Shown: positions 29,946-40,822, numbered from the stretch's first letter. The stretch: DNA of 64,000 bases from Chitinophaga pinensis (GCA_945861665.1 CAMAVS010000001.1:146403-210402); one strand, 5' to 3'. Program-made: numbers and translations. Notes: generated by a model not told the origin, from the letters alone.

Positions 29946-30446
29946 ATGTACAGAAAAACGGATGATTTTATAAAAAACTGGAGATACGAATCTGAATCAA
30001 CCCTCAAAGTATTTAAAACGATTACAAATGAATCACTTGATAAAAGTTTTGATGGAGAGGTTAGAAAAATAGGTCGTTTGGCTTGGCACATAACAATTAC
30101 CATTGGTGAAATGCTTGGAAAAGCAGGCTTGCAAGTAGATTGTGCAGAAGAACATTCAGCTGTTCCAAATACGATAGAAGAAATAATTAAAGCTTATACA
30201 GAAGCATCCGCTTCATTGTTAGTGAATGTTAAAAAGCAATGGAGTGATGCCGATTTACTTACAGAGGTAAATATGTATGGTGAAAATTTGACCAAAGGAA
30301 CTGTACTAAATATACTAATAACACATCAAGCACATCACCGCGGACAATTAGGCATTCTTATGCGCTTATGCGGATTAAAAGTACCGGGTGTTTATGGTCC
30401 TTCAAAAGAAGAATGGGCGGCTTGGAATATGCCTGCAGCTGAATAG
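29946..30446 (+). CDS. DinB family protein
   Basis: LAWHI...HQAHHRGQL...VPGVYGP His motifs. Confidence 0.9.
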   Translation: MYRKTDDFIKNWRYESESTLKVFKTITNESLDKSFDGEVRKIGRLAWHITITIGEMLGKAGLQVDCAEEHSAVPNTIEEIIKAYTEASASLLVNVKKQWSDADLLTEVNMYGENLTKGTVLNILITHQAHHRGQLGILMRLCGLKVPGVYGPSKEEWAAWNMPAAE

Positions 30447-30468
30447 AGGCAAAGAAATTTCGATAATA

Positions 30469-31302
30469 TTATAATTTTGCTTCCCACACAAAACTATTAG
30501 GAAAGCAGTTTTTTAGGTTAGTTGGCTGTTGAAATATACCAAATACACTTGAGCCACTCCCACTCATACTGCTATAGATAGCACCTTTTTCGTATAATTC
30601 ATTTTTTATTTTTTGAATGCTTGGGTGTTTCACAAAAACAGACTCTTCAAAATCATTTACAATGCTTTCCTTCCAAGTATTCATCGGCTCCTTTATCAAC
30701 TCTTCGATGGAATGTTTAGTTTTTTTGGGTTTTACCCCACTGTATGCCTCAGCAGTACTAATATGAATGGCAGGATACACTAATACTATATAATAAGCAG
30801 ATAAATCAAGTGCTATCCGTTCAAACTCATCGCCCCGTTGTTGGGCAAAAACTGCTTGATTATTAATAAAGAAAGAGCAATCACTTCCTAGTTGTCTTGC
30901 ATAATGGTGCATTTCGCCAAAAGATAAATTCAAATCGAACAAATCATTCAATGCCCGAACAAAAAATGCTGCATCAGAAGACCCTCCACCCAAACCAGCA
31001 CCAATAGGTATTACTTTGTGTAAGTGTATCTTTATTGGAGGCAAATAATAAGCGGATGAAATAAGTTGATAGGCTTTTACACATAAATTATCTTCTACTT
31101 TTCCGGGAACTTCTATACCAGTAATTGTCATAGACACCCTATTTTCTGAATTTTCAGGTATAGCCTTATCTTCTACTATCTCTAATATATCACATAAACC
31201 AATGGGATAGAATACAGACTCTATGTTATGGAAAGCATCCGCCCTCTTCTCAATTATATTGAGACCTAAATTAATTTTCGCATTCGGATAAACTATCATC
31301 AA
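30469..31302 (-). CDS. ispE: 4-(cytidine 5'-diphospho)-2-C-methyl-D-erythritol kinase
   Basis: PNAKINLGL, IPIGAGLGGGSSDAA, MSGSGS. Confidence 0.96.
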   Translation of the reverse strand: MMIVYPNAKINLGLNIIEKRADAFHNIESVFYPIGLCDILEIVEDKAIPENSENRVSMTITGIEVPGKVEDNLCVKAYQLISSAYYLPPIKIHLHKVIPIGAGLGGGSSDAAFFVRALNDLFDLNLSFGEMHHYARQLGSDCSFFINNQAVFAQQRGDEFERIALDLSAYYIVLVYPAIHISTAEAYSGVKPKKTKHSIEELIKEPMNTWKESIVNDFEESVFVKHPSIQKIKNELYEKGAIYSSMSGSGSSVFGIFQQPTNLKNCFPNSFVWEAKL

Positions 31303-31394
31303 TATTTACATAAGTTGCACAAATATAAGTACTTAATACGAGTAGTTTTGACTAAAATATATTTAGTAAATTAGCGGCTTAAATATAAACTAAA

Positions 31395-32351
31395 ATGACA
31401 TTTTTAGATTTTGAAAAACCCATCAGCGAAATCCTTGATCAAATTGAAAAGGTAAAGCAAGTTGCCGAAAAAGGAAAGGTAGATGTATCAAAAACAATTA
31501 TTGATCTTGAGAATAAATTAAAGGAAAAAAGGACGGAGATTTATGAGAACCTAACTGCTTGGCAACGAGTTCAGCTCTCTCGTCACCCTGAAAGACCTTA
31601 TACATTAGATTATATAAAAGCCATTACCAATAATAACTTTATTGAGTTGCACGGTGACAGAAGCGTAAAAGATGATAAAGCAATGGTAGGCGGTTTTGGT
31701 GAAATTGATGACCAAACAGTTATGTTTATTGGTCAACAAAAAGGGAATAATACAAAAATGAGGCAGTTCCGTAATTTTGGTATGCCAAATCCCGAAGGTT
31801 ACAGAAAAGCATTGCGTTTGATGCGCCTTGCAGAAAAATTCAATAAACCCATCGTTACATTTATAGATACACCAGGTGCTTATCCTGGTTTGGAGGCTGA
31901 GGAGCGCGGTCAAGGAGAAGCCATTGCAAGAAACTTACTTGAAATGTCGCAGTTAACCGTACCTGTTATTTGCATTATAATTGGTGAAGGGGCTTCCGGT
32001 GGAGCTTTAGGGATTGGTGTTGGAGATAAAGTATTGATGTTGGAAAACACCTGGTATTCGGTAATTTCGCCTGAATCGTGTTCATCTATTTTATGGAGAA
32101 GTTGGGATTTTAAAGAAAAAGCGGCAGAGGCATTAAAGCTCACAGCAAATGATATGCTCAAAAATTCACTAATTGATGGTATCATTAAAGAACCACTTGG
32201 AGGAGCACATACATTCCCTGATGAAATGTATAAAACTGTAAAAGAAGAAGTATTAAAAAACATAAAAAGCTTATCAAAGCAGAGTGCCGAGAAAAGAATT
32301 GAAAACAGAATAGAAAAGTTTTGTGCAATGGGTGTAATTGTAGAGAGCTAA
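31395..32351 (+). CDS. accA: Acetyl-CoA carboxylase carboxyltransferase alpha subunit
   Basis: [35 protein letters not shown]. Confidence 0.98.
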   Translation: MTFLDFEKPISEILDQIEKVKQVAEKGKVDVSKTIIDLENKLKEKRTEIYENLTAWQRVQLSRHPERPYTLDYIKAITNNNFIELHGDRSVKDDKAMVGGFGEIDDQTVMFIGQQKGNNTKMRQFRNFGMPNPEGYRKALRLMRLAEKFNKPIVTFIDTPGAYPGLEAEERGQGEAIARNLLEMSQLTVPVICIIIGEGASGGALGIGVGDKVLMLENTWYSVISPESCSSILWRSWDFKEKAAEALKLTANDMLKNSLIDGIIKEPLGGAHTFPDEMYKTVKEEVLKNIKSLSKQSAEKRIENRIEKFCAMGVIVES

Positions 32352-32470
32352 CAGAACAATACTATTACAAAAGCTTCAAATACTGCTTCACAATTTTAAA
32401 TGTGATTAATTTTCCGTTTACATTTAATTTAACAAAATAAACTAAAAAATACTGTCTAATAATTGAATAG

Positions 32471-33781
32471 CTAAGAACTCTCCTCGGCCCATTTCAATCT
32501 GTCGGAAGGAGAAAATTGCCAAGGTGCTCCATTATTTTCAATATTTGTAAACATACCGTTCAATTCGGTAGGTGCAGCGGATTCCTCCATTACCAAGTAC
32601 CTTCTCAAATCCATTATAATAGAAAGCGGATCAATATTTATTGGGCACGATTCCGTACAAGCATTGCAACTAGTACAAGCCCACAATTCTTCGGCACTTA
32701 TATAATTACCGAACAAACTTTTTCCATCATCGTAATTAATACCATTTTTATCAATATTATTCCCTACCTCCTCTAACCTATCGCGTGTATCCATCATTAT
32801 TTTGCGCGGTGACAAAAGTTTCCCTGTTTGATTTGCCGGACAGTTGGATGTGCACCTTCCACATTCTGTACAGGTATATGCATTCATCAACTGTACCCAA
32901 TTTAGGTCTTTTACATCTTTAGCTCCAAATTTTTGAGGAGAGGTATTTGAAGGAAGCAATACGTTAGGATCCAACATAAGCTTTACCTCATTTGTTACAC
33001 TTTCCAGGTTATTAAATTTTCCTTTTGCATTTAAATTTGAAAAATACACGTTGGGAAATGACAATACGATATGAAAATGTTTTGAGAATGGAATATAATT
33101 AAGGTATGCTAATATCCCTATAATATGTGCCCACCAACAGGTGCGTTCCAATAATATCAAATTTCCCTCACTAAAATCTTGGAACAAGAAAGTAAACATT
33201 GAACTGATTGGGAATGAGCCCGCTTGTTTGTAATGCTCCGCATTCATTTGTTGCAACAAACTATCACTCGCATTCATAGTTAAAATAGCTGCCATTAAAA
33301 CTATTTCTGCCGTCAAAATAATATTTGCATCCAATAACGGCCATTTAGTCATTTCTGAACCTGAGAATCGTTTTAATTTAAGAATTTTTCTTCTTACTAA
33401 AAATAAAATGCAGGCTATCAATACCAAAAATGCAAGTACTTCAAAAAATCCTATTAAAAAATTATAGAAAGGTCCTAAAGCAGACAATACCCTATGAGTA
33501 CCAAAAATTCCGTCTATAATAATTTCAAAAACCTCAATATTGATAAGTACAAAACCTGCATACACAATTATATGAAGAATTCCCGGAATTGGGCGGACAA
33601 TCATTTTTGATTGGCCTAAGGCAACCCTCATCATTAAGGTTAAACGTTTCATAGGATTATCTTTCCTATCAATGTCTTTTCCTAAATTAATGTTGCGAGA
33701 AATTTTTTTCACATTCTTTGTAAAAAAAACAGTGGCAGCTATAATTAGTCCAATAAAAAGAATATTATCTACCCATTCCAT
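32471..33781 (-). CDS. Membrane-bound (Fe-S)-binding oxidoreductase subunit (FadF/HdrC-like N-terminal half)
   Basis: Several TM helices plus CTECGRCTSNCP and CTSCNACTESCP 4Fe-4S motifs. Confidence 0.88.
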   Translation of the reverse strand: MEWVDNILFIGLIIAATVFFTKNVKKISRNINLGKDIDRKDNPMKRLTLMMRVALGQSKMIVRPIPGILHIIVYAGFVLINIEVFEIIIDGIFGTHRVLSALGPFYNFLIGFFEVLAFLVLIACILFLVRRKILKLKRFSGSEMTKWPLLDANIILTAEIVLMAAILTMNASDSLLQQMNAEHYKQAGSFPISSMFTFLFQDFSEGNLILLERTCWWAHIIGILAYLNYIPFSKHFHIVLSFPNVYFSNLNAKGKFNNLESVTNEVKLMLDPNVLLPSNTSPQKFGAKDVKDLNWVQLMNAYTCTECGRCTSNCPANQTGKLLSPRKIMMDTRDRLEEVGNNIDKNGINYDDGKSLFGNYISAEELWACTSCNACTESCPINIDPLSIIMDLRRYLVMEESAAPTELNGMFTNIENNGAPWQFSPSDRLKWAEESS

Positions 33782-33791
33782 TTCGATAGAA

Positions 33792-34814
33792 TTACTTTTT
33801 CAATATAACTTTAGTGCCTGTGTTGATTGTGGGAGGAGGTGCAACATACCCTATATCCTTTTTTCCAAATACGGAAACGTGTATGTACCTTTTGGGATGC
33901 AAGCGTAAATCTTCCAATAATTTATCTAAATCTCGAGATGCTGCCTCCAAGTTGTTATACAAACTATCGTTGTTCACCAACATACCCATCGTGCCTTTTC
34001 CTGAATTTATTTTTTCCATAATTTCAGCGGCTTGCTTCATAGCAATGGATGAATGGTTAATGGCTTCTCTAATGTTTGCTTTTGCTAGAGAATCACTTAT
34101 GGAGGAAAAATTTGCAAGAATATTCGTTATCTTTTCATTATTTATTTTTAGGTTTTGAGTAATCGACTCAATGTTTGCCGATATATGTGATAAACGACTT
34201 CTTTGTTCTGCTACTAAACTATCAAACCTATTGGTAGTTTGTTTAAATATTTTTATTGCTTGAGTAATTGTTTCAAAACTCTCGTGAATATTTCCTTGCG
34301 CCTCCTCATTGAAAACTGCACGCACAATAAGAATCAATGAATCAATTGAAGCAATTAAGTTCTCAGCTTTTGCTTTTAAAGGGAGAATTTGTTTGTTTAC
34401 CTCTTCTTTTAATCCACTTTCCAAGGAAGAGTTAAGTGTATCACCATGGGCTGCCAAAACAATTGTATCGCCCAATAATAATTTCAATCCTTTTGAGCCT
34501 AAAACACCATCACTGAATATTTTTGCTATTGAATTTCTAGGAATTGCAATATCGTTATCTTTCATTGCGATATCAACAACAATTTTACCGTAACGAGTTG
34601 GGTGAAAAAATATTTTATCAACTTGCCCAACAACAAATCCATTAATTACTACTGGATTGGATTCGGCCAAGCCATCAATATTGTCGTACAAGGCATAATA
34701 ATGGGTTCTATTTGTAAATAAGTTTTTACCCTTTAAAAAATTTAACCCAAATATAAGCGCTGTAATAGCTGCTAAAAGGGCAAGTCCAATTTTTACTTCT
34801 TTTGTTAATTTCAT
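33792..34814 (-). CDS. MlaD/MCE family protein
   Basis: KEVKIG N-terminus, GLAESNPVVINGFVVGQV MCE motif, long helical tail with NLEAASRDLDKLLEDL...PKRY. Confidence 0.92.
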   Translation of the reverse strand: MKLTKEVKIGLALLAAITALIFGLNFLKGKNLFTNRTHYYALYDNIDGLAESNPVVINGFVVGQVDKIFFHPTRYGKIVVDIAMKDNDIAIPRNSIAKIFSDGVLGSKGLKLLLGDTIVLAAHGDTLNSSLESGLKEEVNKQILPLKAKAENLIASIDSLILIVRAVFNEEAQGNIHESFETITQAIKIFKQTTNRFDSLVAEQRSRLSHISANIESITQNLKINNEKITNILANFSSISDSLAKANIREAINHSSIAMKQAAEIMEKINSGKGTMGMLVNNDSLYNNLEAASRDLDKLLEDLRLHPKRYIHVSVFGKKDIGYVAPPPTINTGTKVILKK

Positions 34815-36112
34815 TTATTTTCAAGCAATCTTTTTGCCTCGTTTAAAGTTATTTTTTCGCCTTTGTTAAACGCTACTAAAAAAGCATCTTTATATCCTTT
34901 TCCCCTTAATTTTGTTTGTGTTTCAACTGCATTTTCAAGGCGGCTGTAATTTCCTGAAAAATATTTATACACAACTCCACTTTGCATTTCACTTACTTCA
35001 TTGATATCTGAAAATTTAGGCGAATTTAAGGGAATTTTTTTGTCTGAGTTCATAAACTGCACCTTAAAAGTTATTTCACTATTCATTTTGGCAGTTTCGC
35101 TCACTTTTAAAACTGCTTTTTCTTCAACATCCACCTTTCTTTCTGTTGTATCTTTTTCTATCTTTTCATATTCCAAATCATTGTCCTCTATCCTTTCTTC
35201 AAGCTTTATTTCGGGTAAATCTTTAGGTACTTCAATATCTAAAGCCTTCACTTGGTCAGTAAGTCTATTATCCTCTACTTCATTTTTATATTCCTTAAAG
35301 GCATTAAATAAAGCACGCGCAATAAGGTCTTGTCCTTTATCTGAACCAATCAATCGCTCATCGTCCGGATTGGATAAAAATCCAATTTCGGTAAGCAAAC
35401 TAGGCATTGCCGTTTTCCACAGCACTAAAAAACCTGCTTGTTTAACACCCCTGTCCTCCCTCTTAGATTTTTCTCTGTATTGGTGCTGAATTTTGGACGC
35501 CAAGCTTAAACTCTTCTCCAAAAAAATATTTTGGAACATACTAAATACAATGGTAGCCTCATCAGAACTGGGATCAAAGCCATCGTACTTATTCTGGTAA
35601 TTATCTTCCAATAAAATGGACTCGTTTTCACGTTTTGCTACATCTAAGTTTCCTTTTGTTTTATGAAGACCCATTACATACGTCTCTGCACCACAGGGAA
35701 CAGGATTTATAATTATTTTTTTACCTTTTTTGTAAGAGGCTGAATTGCAATGTATACAAATAAAAAAATCGGCTTTTGCATCGTTCGCAATTTTTGCTCG
35801 TTCACCTAATTCGAGAAATATATCGGTTTTTCGAGTATAAATTACTTTTACATTTTTATAATTATCCTCAATGTACTTTCCCAGCTTCAGTGAAACTTTC
35901 AACGCAACATCTTTTTCATAGTATTTTTGTCCGTGACAACCGGCATCCTTTCCCCCGTGACCGGCATCAATAACAATTGTGCGTATTTTATAACCACCCT
36001 CTGGTATTAAAGTAAAAGCTAAGAACGAACAGGAAGGGATATAACAAAATAGTACAATTTTAATGCAGGTAAACTTGTTAAACTTGGTTAAACAATATTT
36101 TATGTTCTTCAT
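34811..36112 (-). CDS. N-acetylmuramoyl-L-alanine amidase (Amidase_3) with C-terminal SPOR-like domain
   Basis: IDAGHGG, ICIHCN, SLLTEIGF. Start set at 36112 because the longer ORF overlaps lptD. Confidence 0.92.
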   Translation of the reverse strand: MKNIKYCLTKFNKFTCIKIVLFCYIPSCSFLAFTLIPEGGYKIRTIVIDAGHGGKDAGCHGQKYYEKDVALKVSLKLGKYIEDNYKNVKVIYTRKTDIFLELGERAKIANDAKADFFICIHCNSASYKKGKKIIINPVPCGAETYVMGLHKTKGNLDVAKRENESILLEDNYQNKYDGFDPSSDEATIVFSMFQNIFLEKSLSLASKIQHQYREKSKREDRGVKQAGFLVLWKTAMPSLLTEIGFLSNPDDERLIGSDKGQDLIARALFNAFKEYKNEVEDNRLTDQVKALDIEVPKDLPEIKLEERIEDNDLEYEKIEKDTTERKVDVEEKAVLKVSETAKMNSEITFKVQFMNSDKKIPLNSPKFSDINEVSEMQSGVVYKYFSGNYSRLENAVETQTKLRGKGYKDAFLVAFNKGEKITLNEAKRLLENK

Positions 36113-36178
36113 CAAAAACTTTATTTTACTTAGCTTTGTTTTTTTAGATAGCATTACAAATTCATTAGCATTCATAAT

Positions 36179-38716
36179 TTGCATATAAAAGGTCGAAATA
36201 AGTTTATTCTGTTAATTACTGCTTTTTTACTTTATACAAAGGTAATGGCTGCAATACTAACAAATCCCATACCTACTTTTTCTGATTCGACTAAAAAAAA
36301 CTCAACAAAGATTTCAACAAGTGCGCTGGACTCCAGAATAGACTACAATTCAAGCGATTCCATTGTATTTGATGTGGACAGTGGAATTGTATTTTTATAC
36401 AATAAAGCTACAGTTAACTATGGTGATTTAAAATTGAATGCCGATTACATTCAAATGGATACCAAAAACAATGTGGTAAAAGCCGAAGGAGCTAAGGACA
36501 GTTTAGGAAAAGTGAGGGGAAATCCGGAATTTTCACAAGCGGAACAAAATTTCAAAGCCAAATCCATGAGCTACAATTTTGAAACAAAAAAAGGACGGAT
36601 TAACGATGTAATTACCAAAGAAGGCGAAGGGTATATACACGGTGAAACTATAAAAAAGGATAGCAGTGACAACTACTACATTAAGAACGGAAAATACACT
36701 ACGTGTGAAGATGAGGATCACCCCCACTTTTATATTGCTGCTCAAAAACTGCGAGTAATTCCGGATGACAAAGTGGTTACTGGTCCGGCTAATTTATGGA
36801 TAGGCGATATTCCAACACCATTGGCTGTCCCATTTGGCTTTTTCCCGCTAAACAAAGGTCAAAAATCGGGAATACTGATTCCGGCACCAGGAGAAGCGGA
36901 TAATTTAGGTTTTTTTCTTAAAAATGGAGGTTATTACTTTGGCATAAGCGACAAACTGGATTTAACTTTGCTTGGCGATATTTATTCAAGGGGCAGTTGG
37001 ACCGGAAAAGTGATAAGCAATTATAATAAAAGATATAAATACGATGGAGATATCAGTTTGGGCTATTCCAACATTATGCTAGGAGAAAAAGAATTACCTA
37101 ATTTCGACCTTACACAAAGTTTTTTTGTAAAATGGCAACACGCACAAGACCCGAAATCGAGACCCAATAGCCGTTTCTCTGCAAGTGTAAATGCAGGAAG
37201 TGCAAATTATAACCGATTTAATTCTACGAATACAAACCAATACTTAACAAACACCTTCCAGTCCTCCATATCATACCAAAAAACCTTTACTAATACCCCT
37301 TTTTCATTATCTGTTAATGCCCGTCATAGTCAAAATACACTTACCCGCAAGGTAGATATAAGTGCCCCCGATATCACATTCAATGCACAACGTTATTATT
37401 TATTTCGTAAAAAAAACAAAGTTGGAGAATACAAATGGTTTGAAAATATTGGTACCAGCTATACCAACACCCTTCGTAATGATATTAGTTTTATTGATTC
37501 TGCGATTTCAGAACCGACTTTTAATGTACTCGATCATATGAAATATGGTATGAAGCATTTTGTACCAATTACTACTTCCGTTAAATTTTTAAAATTCTTC
37601 ACATTTAATCCATTTGCTAATTTGTCGGCCAACCAATATTTAAAGACTTACGAAAGAGTTTGGAATGCAACAAAAGAGAAGGTTGATACAGTGACTGTTA
37701 ATGGATTAAAAACATCTTTGGACTACTCATTAGGCACTTCTACAAACACAAAGCTGTATGGTATGTTACAATTCAAAAAAGGTCCCGTAAAGGCAGTAAG
37801 GCATGTGCTAACTCCCGATATTGGCTTTATGTATATTCCGGGGCTTGGAAAATACGACAGTATAAGAAATCCGAATATTGTTGATCCTAAACTTCAATAC
37901 ACCAAATACACCCATTACGATGGAACAATTTTTGCTGGAGCCAGTCCAATAGAAGCAGGCAATATCACTTTTGGTTTGATTAATAATTTGGAAATGAAAG
38001 TGAAATCCAAAAAAGATACTGCGAGTGGAACAAAAAAAATAAAAATATTTGAAAACCTTGGTATCAATAGCTTTTACAATATTATTGCAAAGGAGTTTAA
38101 TTTGGCTCCCATTCGCGTAACAGCTCGAACGCAATTATTTAAAGACGTTGCCATAAACTACAATGCCACATACGACCCTTATGTGCTGCATGTAATAACA
38201 GGGAACCGTTTAAATAATTTTGAATGGACTCAAAACCAAAGAATTGGCAGATTAACAGATGCTAATGCTTCTTTGAGCTTTAGTTTACGAAGCAAAAAAA
38301 CATCACCTGAGAAAAAAAGAACAGACCGAATTGGAAAAGATGAGATGGATAAGATAAACAGTACTTCTTACGACTATGTAGACTACACTGTACCTTGGAA
38401 TGTAAATATCAGCTACAATATTAGCTACTCAAAACCGGTATTTGTTTCTAATCTAACCCAATCGGTGCGTTTTTATGGTGATGTAAACATTACCGAAAAA
38501 TGGAAAATAGGTTTTGATTCGGGATATGACTTTATCACGAATAAGCTAACACAAACCACACTGGATATATACCGTGACTTGCATTGTTGGGAAATGAAAT
38601 TTCACTTAGTTCCATTTGGTTCAATAAAAAGTTATAGCTTTGATTTAAAAGTAAAAGCATCAACACTGCAAGATTTAAAGCTTAGTCGCAGACGCAGTTG
38701 GTATGACCTACAATAA
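36179..38716 (+). CDS. lptD: Putative LPS assembly protein LptD (Bacteroidota type)
   Basis: GKYTTC, PTPLAVPFGFFP, GYYFGISD, RDLHCW beta-barrel end. Confidence 0.85.
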   Translation: MHIKGRNKFILLITAFLLYTKVMAAILTNPIPTFSDSTKKNSTKISTSALDSRIDYNSSDSIVFDVDSGIVFLYNKATVNYGDLKLNADYIQMDTKNNVVKAEGAKDSLGKVRGNPEFSQAEQNFKAKSMSYNFETKKGRINDVITKEGEGYIHGETIKKDSSDNYYIKNGKYTTCEDEDHPHFYIAAQKLRVIPDDKVVTGPANLWIGDIPTPLAVPFGFFPLNKGQKSGILIPAPGEADNLGFFLKNGGYYFGISDKLDLTLLGDIYSRGSWTGKVISNYNKRYKYDGDISLGYSNIMLGEKELPNFDLTQSFFVKWQHAQDPKSRPNSRFSASVNAGSANYNRFNSTNTNQYLTNTFQSSISYQKTFTNTPFSLSVNARHSQNTLTRKVDISAPDITFNAQRYYLFRKKNKVGEYKWFENIGTSYTNTLRNDISFIDSAISEPTFNVLDHMKYGMKHFVPITTSVKFLKFFTFNPFANLSANQYLKTYERVWNATKEKVDTVTVNGLKTSLDYSLGTSTNTKLYGMLQFKKGPVKAVRHVLTPDIGFMYIPGLGKYDSIRNPNIVDPKLQYTKYTHYDGTIFAGASPIEAGNITFGLINNLEMKVKSKKDTASGTKKIKIFENLGINSFYNIIAKEFNLAPIRVTARTQLFKDVAINYNATYDPYVLHVITGNRLNNFEWTQNQRIGRLTDANASLSFSLRSKKTSPEKKRTDRIGKDEMDKINSTSYDYVDYTVPWNVNISYNISYSKPVFVSNLTQSVRFYGDVNITEKWKIGFDSGYDFITNKLTQTTLDIYRDLHCWEMKFHLVPFGSIKSYSFDLKVKASTLQDLKLSRRRSWYDLQ

Positions 38717-39253
38717 ATGAAAAAAATAGTATTCATTTTCGCGCTATTAACCCTGTCAAAGTACTCATTTGCACAAACAACCAACACTCAAAGTTATACC
38801 GACTCAATTAACACACTTTACAGAATACAGGGCAGGTTGGATACGCTTAAAAAATTTTACACTGCAAAAAATATAGTTTTTGATTCCATTTTAAATATTG
38901 GTTTGTATTCAACAGCGTACGATTGGATAGGAACACCTTATCGTTATTCGGGAAGCAGTAAAAAGGGAATAGACTGTTCGGGATTTACAAAAAACGTTTA
39001 CAAAGAAGTATATTGCAAAGAATTACAGGGTGGAAGTGCTGATTTATATACAATTTCTACGCTTATTGAAAAAAAAAATCTGAAAGAAGGCGATTTGATT
39101 TTTTTTAAAATAAAAAAAGGAAGAATTTCGCACGTTGGAGTATATTTAAGAAATAATAAATTTGTACACGCATCGGTAAAAGGCGGTGTAATGATTAATG
39201 ATTTAGATGAAGCATATTATAAAAAATATTTTTTCAAAGGCGGTCGCTTATAA
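38717..39253 (+). CDS. NlpC/P60 (C40) peptidoglycan endopeptidase
   Basis: GTPYRYSG, GIDCSGF, HVGVY, FVHAS. Confidence 0.95.
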   Translation: MKKIVFIFALLTLSKYSFAQTTNTQSYTDSINTLYRIQGRLDTLKKFYTAKNIVFDSILNIGLYSTAYDWIGTPYRYSGSSKKGIDCSGFTKNVYKEVYCKELQGGSADLYTISTLIEKKNLKEGDLIFFKIKKGRISHVGVYLRNNKFVHASVKGGVMINDLDEAYYKKYFFKGGRL

Positions 39254-39271
39254 CTCTTAATAACACTTTAA

Positions 39272-39769
39272 ATGAAAACATTGATATTAAACAACCAGCA
39301 GATTCAGCAAAAAATTAATCGTATGGCTTATGAAATATACGAAAACAATTACGATGCCCAAAAATTAGTATTAGCAGGCATTGCCGACCGTGGATACACA
39401 TTAGCAACTAAGTTAAAAAAAGCACTAAACGAAATTTGCTCAATAGAAATTGAATTATTAGAAATTTTTGTAAATCGTGAAAACCCCATTGAGAAAAAAT
39501 CAACCAAAGAATTGAATACAACCAATTTAAGCAACAATATTATTATTGTTGTAGACGATGTACTGAATTCGGGCAAAACACTTATTTATGGAGTGAAGCA
39601 CTTTTTATCGATTCCGATAAAAAAAATATCAACTGTGGTTCTTGTCGACAGAAGCCATAAACACTTCCCGATACAAGCTGACTATGTTGGAGTAAGCTTA
39701 GCAACAACTATGCAGGAGCATGTAAGTGTTGAATTTTATGAAGGAAATGATTCCGTATTTTTGGTTTAA
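39272..39769 (+). CDS. Phosphoribosyltransferase family protein (PyrR-like paralog)
   Basis: VVDDVLNSGKTL PRPP loop, DRSHK.FPIQADYVG. Confidence 0.85.
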   Translation: MKTLILNNQQIQQKINRMAYEIYENNYDAQKLVLAGIADRGYTLATKLKKALNEICSIEIELLEIFVNRENPIEKKSTKELNTTNLSNNIIIVVDDVLNSGKTLIYGVKHFLSIPIKKISTVVLVDRSHKHFPIQADYVGVSLATTMQEHVSVEFYEGNDSVFLV

Positions 39770-40272
39770 TTTTTATTCTTTATTATTTCTATTAACTGAT
39801 TTATTTTAATGCCCTTTGCTGCTAACGTATACTTAGCTTGCCCGTAAAAAACAGCTCTCTTTTCAAGCTGACTGGTAATATAGTCGAACAATTCATTTTT
39901 GTTCTTACCTTTTAATAAAGGTCTTTCTGTTTTGGCATCCATTAATCTATTAACAAGGTCAATGCAATTCATTTTGAGGTAAATAGAAATCCCTGAACTG
40001 TTTATCAACTCAATATTATTTTCAAAACAAGGGGTACCTCCACCTGTTGCTATCACAGTCATATCAATTTCTGAAACTCTATTAAGGTGTCTCCTTTCAA
40101 TTTTCCGAAAGCCCTCCTCCCCTACTTTTGCAAAAATATCAGGAATACTTTCGCCCTCATGTTTCTCTATATACCTGTCAAGATCAATACACTTATAGCC
40201 TAATTTAGCCGCAAGTTTTTTTGCAACTGAACTTTTACCACACCCCATATATCCTATTAAATAAACTCTCAT
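39766..40272 (-). CDS. aroK: Shikimate kinase
   Basis: GYMGCGKS, DLD, IATGGG, RPLL. Confidence 0.95.
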   Translation of the reverse strand: MRVYLIGYMGCGKSSVAKKLAAKLGYKCIDLDRYIEKHEGESIPDIFAKVGEEGFRKIERRHLNRVSEIDMTVIATGGGTPCFENNIELINSSGISIYLKMNCIDLVNRLMDAKTERPLLKGKNKNELFDYITSQLEKRAVFYGQAKYTLAAKGIKINQLIEIIKNKN

Positions 40273-40324
40273 TGAATTGTATAATAGCTTCTTATAAATA
40301 TTTTACAAAAATAGGCAAAAGCAT

Positions 40325-40355
40325 TTTGTAGTATAAATTATTGAAAGTATATTTG
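40325..40355 (+). promoter_or_regulatory. Complete Bacteroidota sigma70 promoter for tRNA-Lys
   Basis: TTTG (40325-40328), 19 nt spacer, TATATTTG (40348-40355). Confidence 0.75.
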
Positions 40356-40371
40356 CGCCTCTTAAAAAAAA

Positions 40372-40444
40372 GATTCCGTAGCTCAGCTGGTAGAGCACAT
40401 CACTTTTAATGATGGGGCCCTGGGTTCGAATCCCAGCGGGATCA
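40372..40444 (+). tRNA. tRNA-Lys (TTT), CCA not encoded
   Basis: GATTCCG/CGGGATC acceptor stem, CATCA-CTTTTAA-TGATG anticodon arm, GGTTCGAATCC T-loop. Confidence 0.95.
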
Positions 40445-40460
40445 CAGTTAACAAATGTAA

Positions 40461-40492
40461 AAGCCTCACAAATAAACAATTGTGGGGCTTTT
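40461..40492 (+). terminator. Intrinsic terminator after tRNA-Lys
   Basis: AAGCCTCACAA/TTGTGGGGCTT stem then T-run. Confidence 0.8.
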
Positions 40493-40534
40493 ATTCTTAA
40501 TACATACGAATTTACATACACTGTAGTATGTAAC

Positions 40535-40654
40535 TTACCGAAGCAAAGTAACATAAACCTTCTCCTTAAACTCGCTTCCATCATTCTATTTTCCGATACA
40601 ATAGTAAACAAAAACAGCACTGCTTAGTTCTTTTCCCTTATATGTCCCATACCA
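40535..40654 (-). pseudogene. Relic 3' end of a T9SS type B (CHU_C) gene, paralog of 21035-21154
   Basis: WYGTYKGKELSSAVFVYYCIGK*NDGSEFKEKVYVTLLR*; 32/39 aa identical to the tail of the 20207 ORF, with an internal TAG. Confidence 0.88.
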
Positions 40655-40822
40655 ATCAATATTGGCAATATCATTTCTTAAGGCCAGACAACTATTGGAT
40701 AAAAGCGAGTAAGCTATTTTAAATTTACAAATTGTTAACATTAATTAATAACTAGTACTTAAACAAATGCCATTATTATAGCACATCATTTTAATTTTAC
40801 AATTCTAAAAAAAACGTATTAT

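Noticed and set aside
27675-30103. Multiple antisense ORFs over purL, and similar ones over rho, pyrB, obgE, accA and others
   Set aside because: Shadow frames of well-supported genes, with no motifs or independent expression signals.
32388-32405. TCACA-N8-TGTGA as a CRP site
   Set aside because: Half-sites are in the wrong order and spacing, and it lies between convergent 3' ends. At most a weak hairpin.
39272-39769. Second pyrR gene
   Set aside because: It keeps the PRPP-binding loop but lacks the LDxTFxRDD segment of the 17275 gene and has no pyr context; best treated as a generic phosphoribosyltransferase.
40303-40627. ORFs 40303-40620 (-) and 40409-40627 (+)
   Set aside because: They overlap the tRNA-Lys gene and terminator. 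The real coding signal is the CTD relic in another frame.
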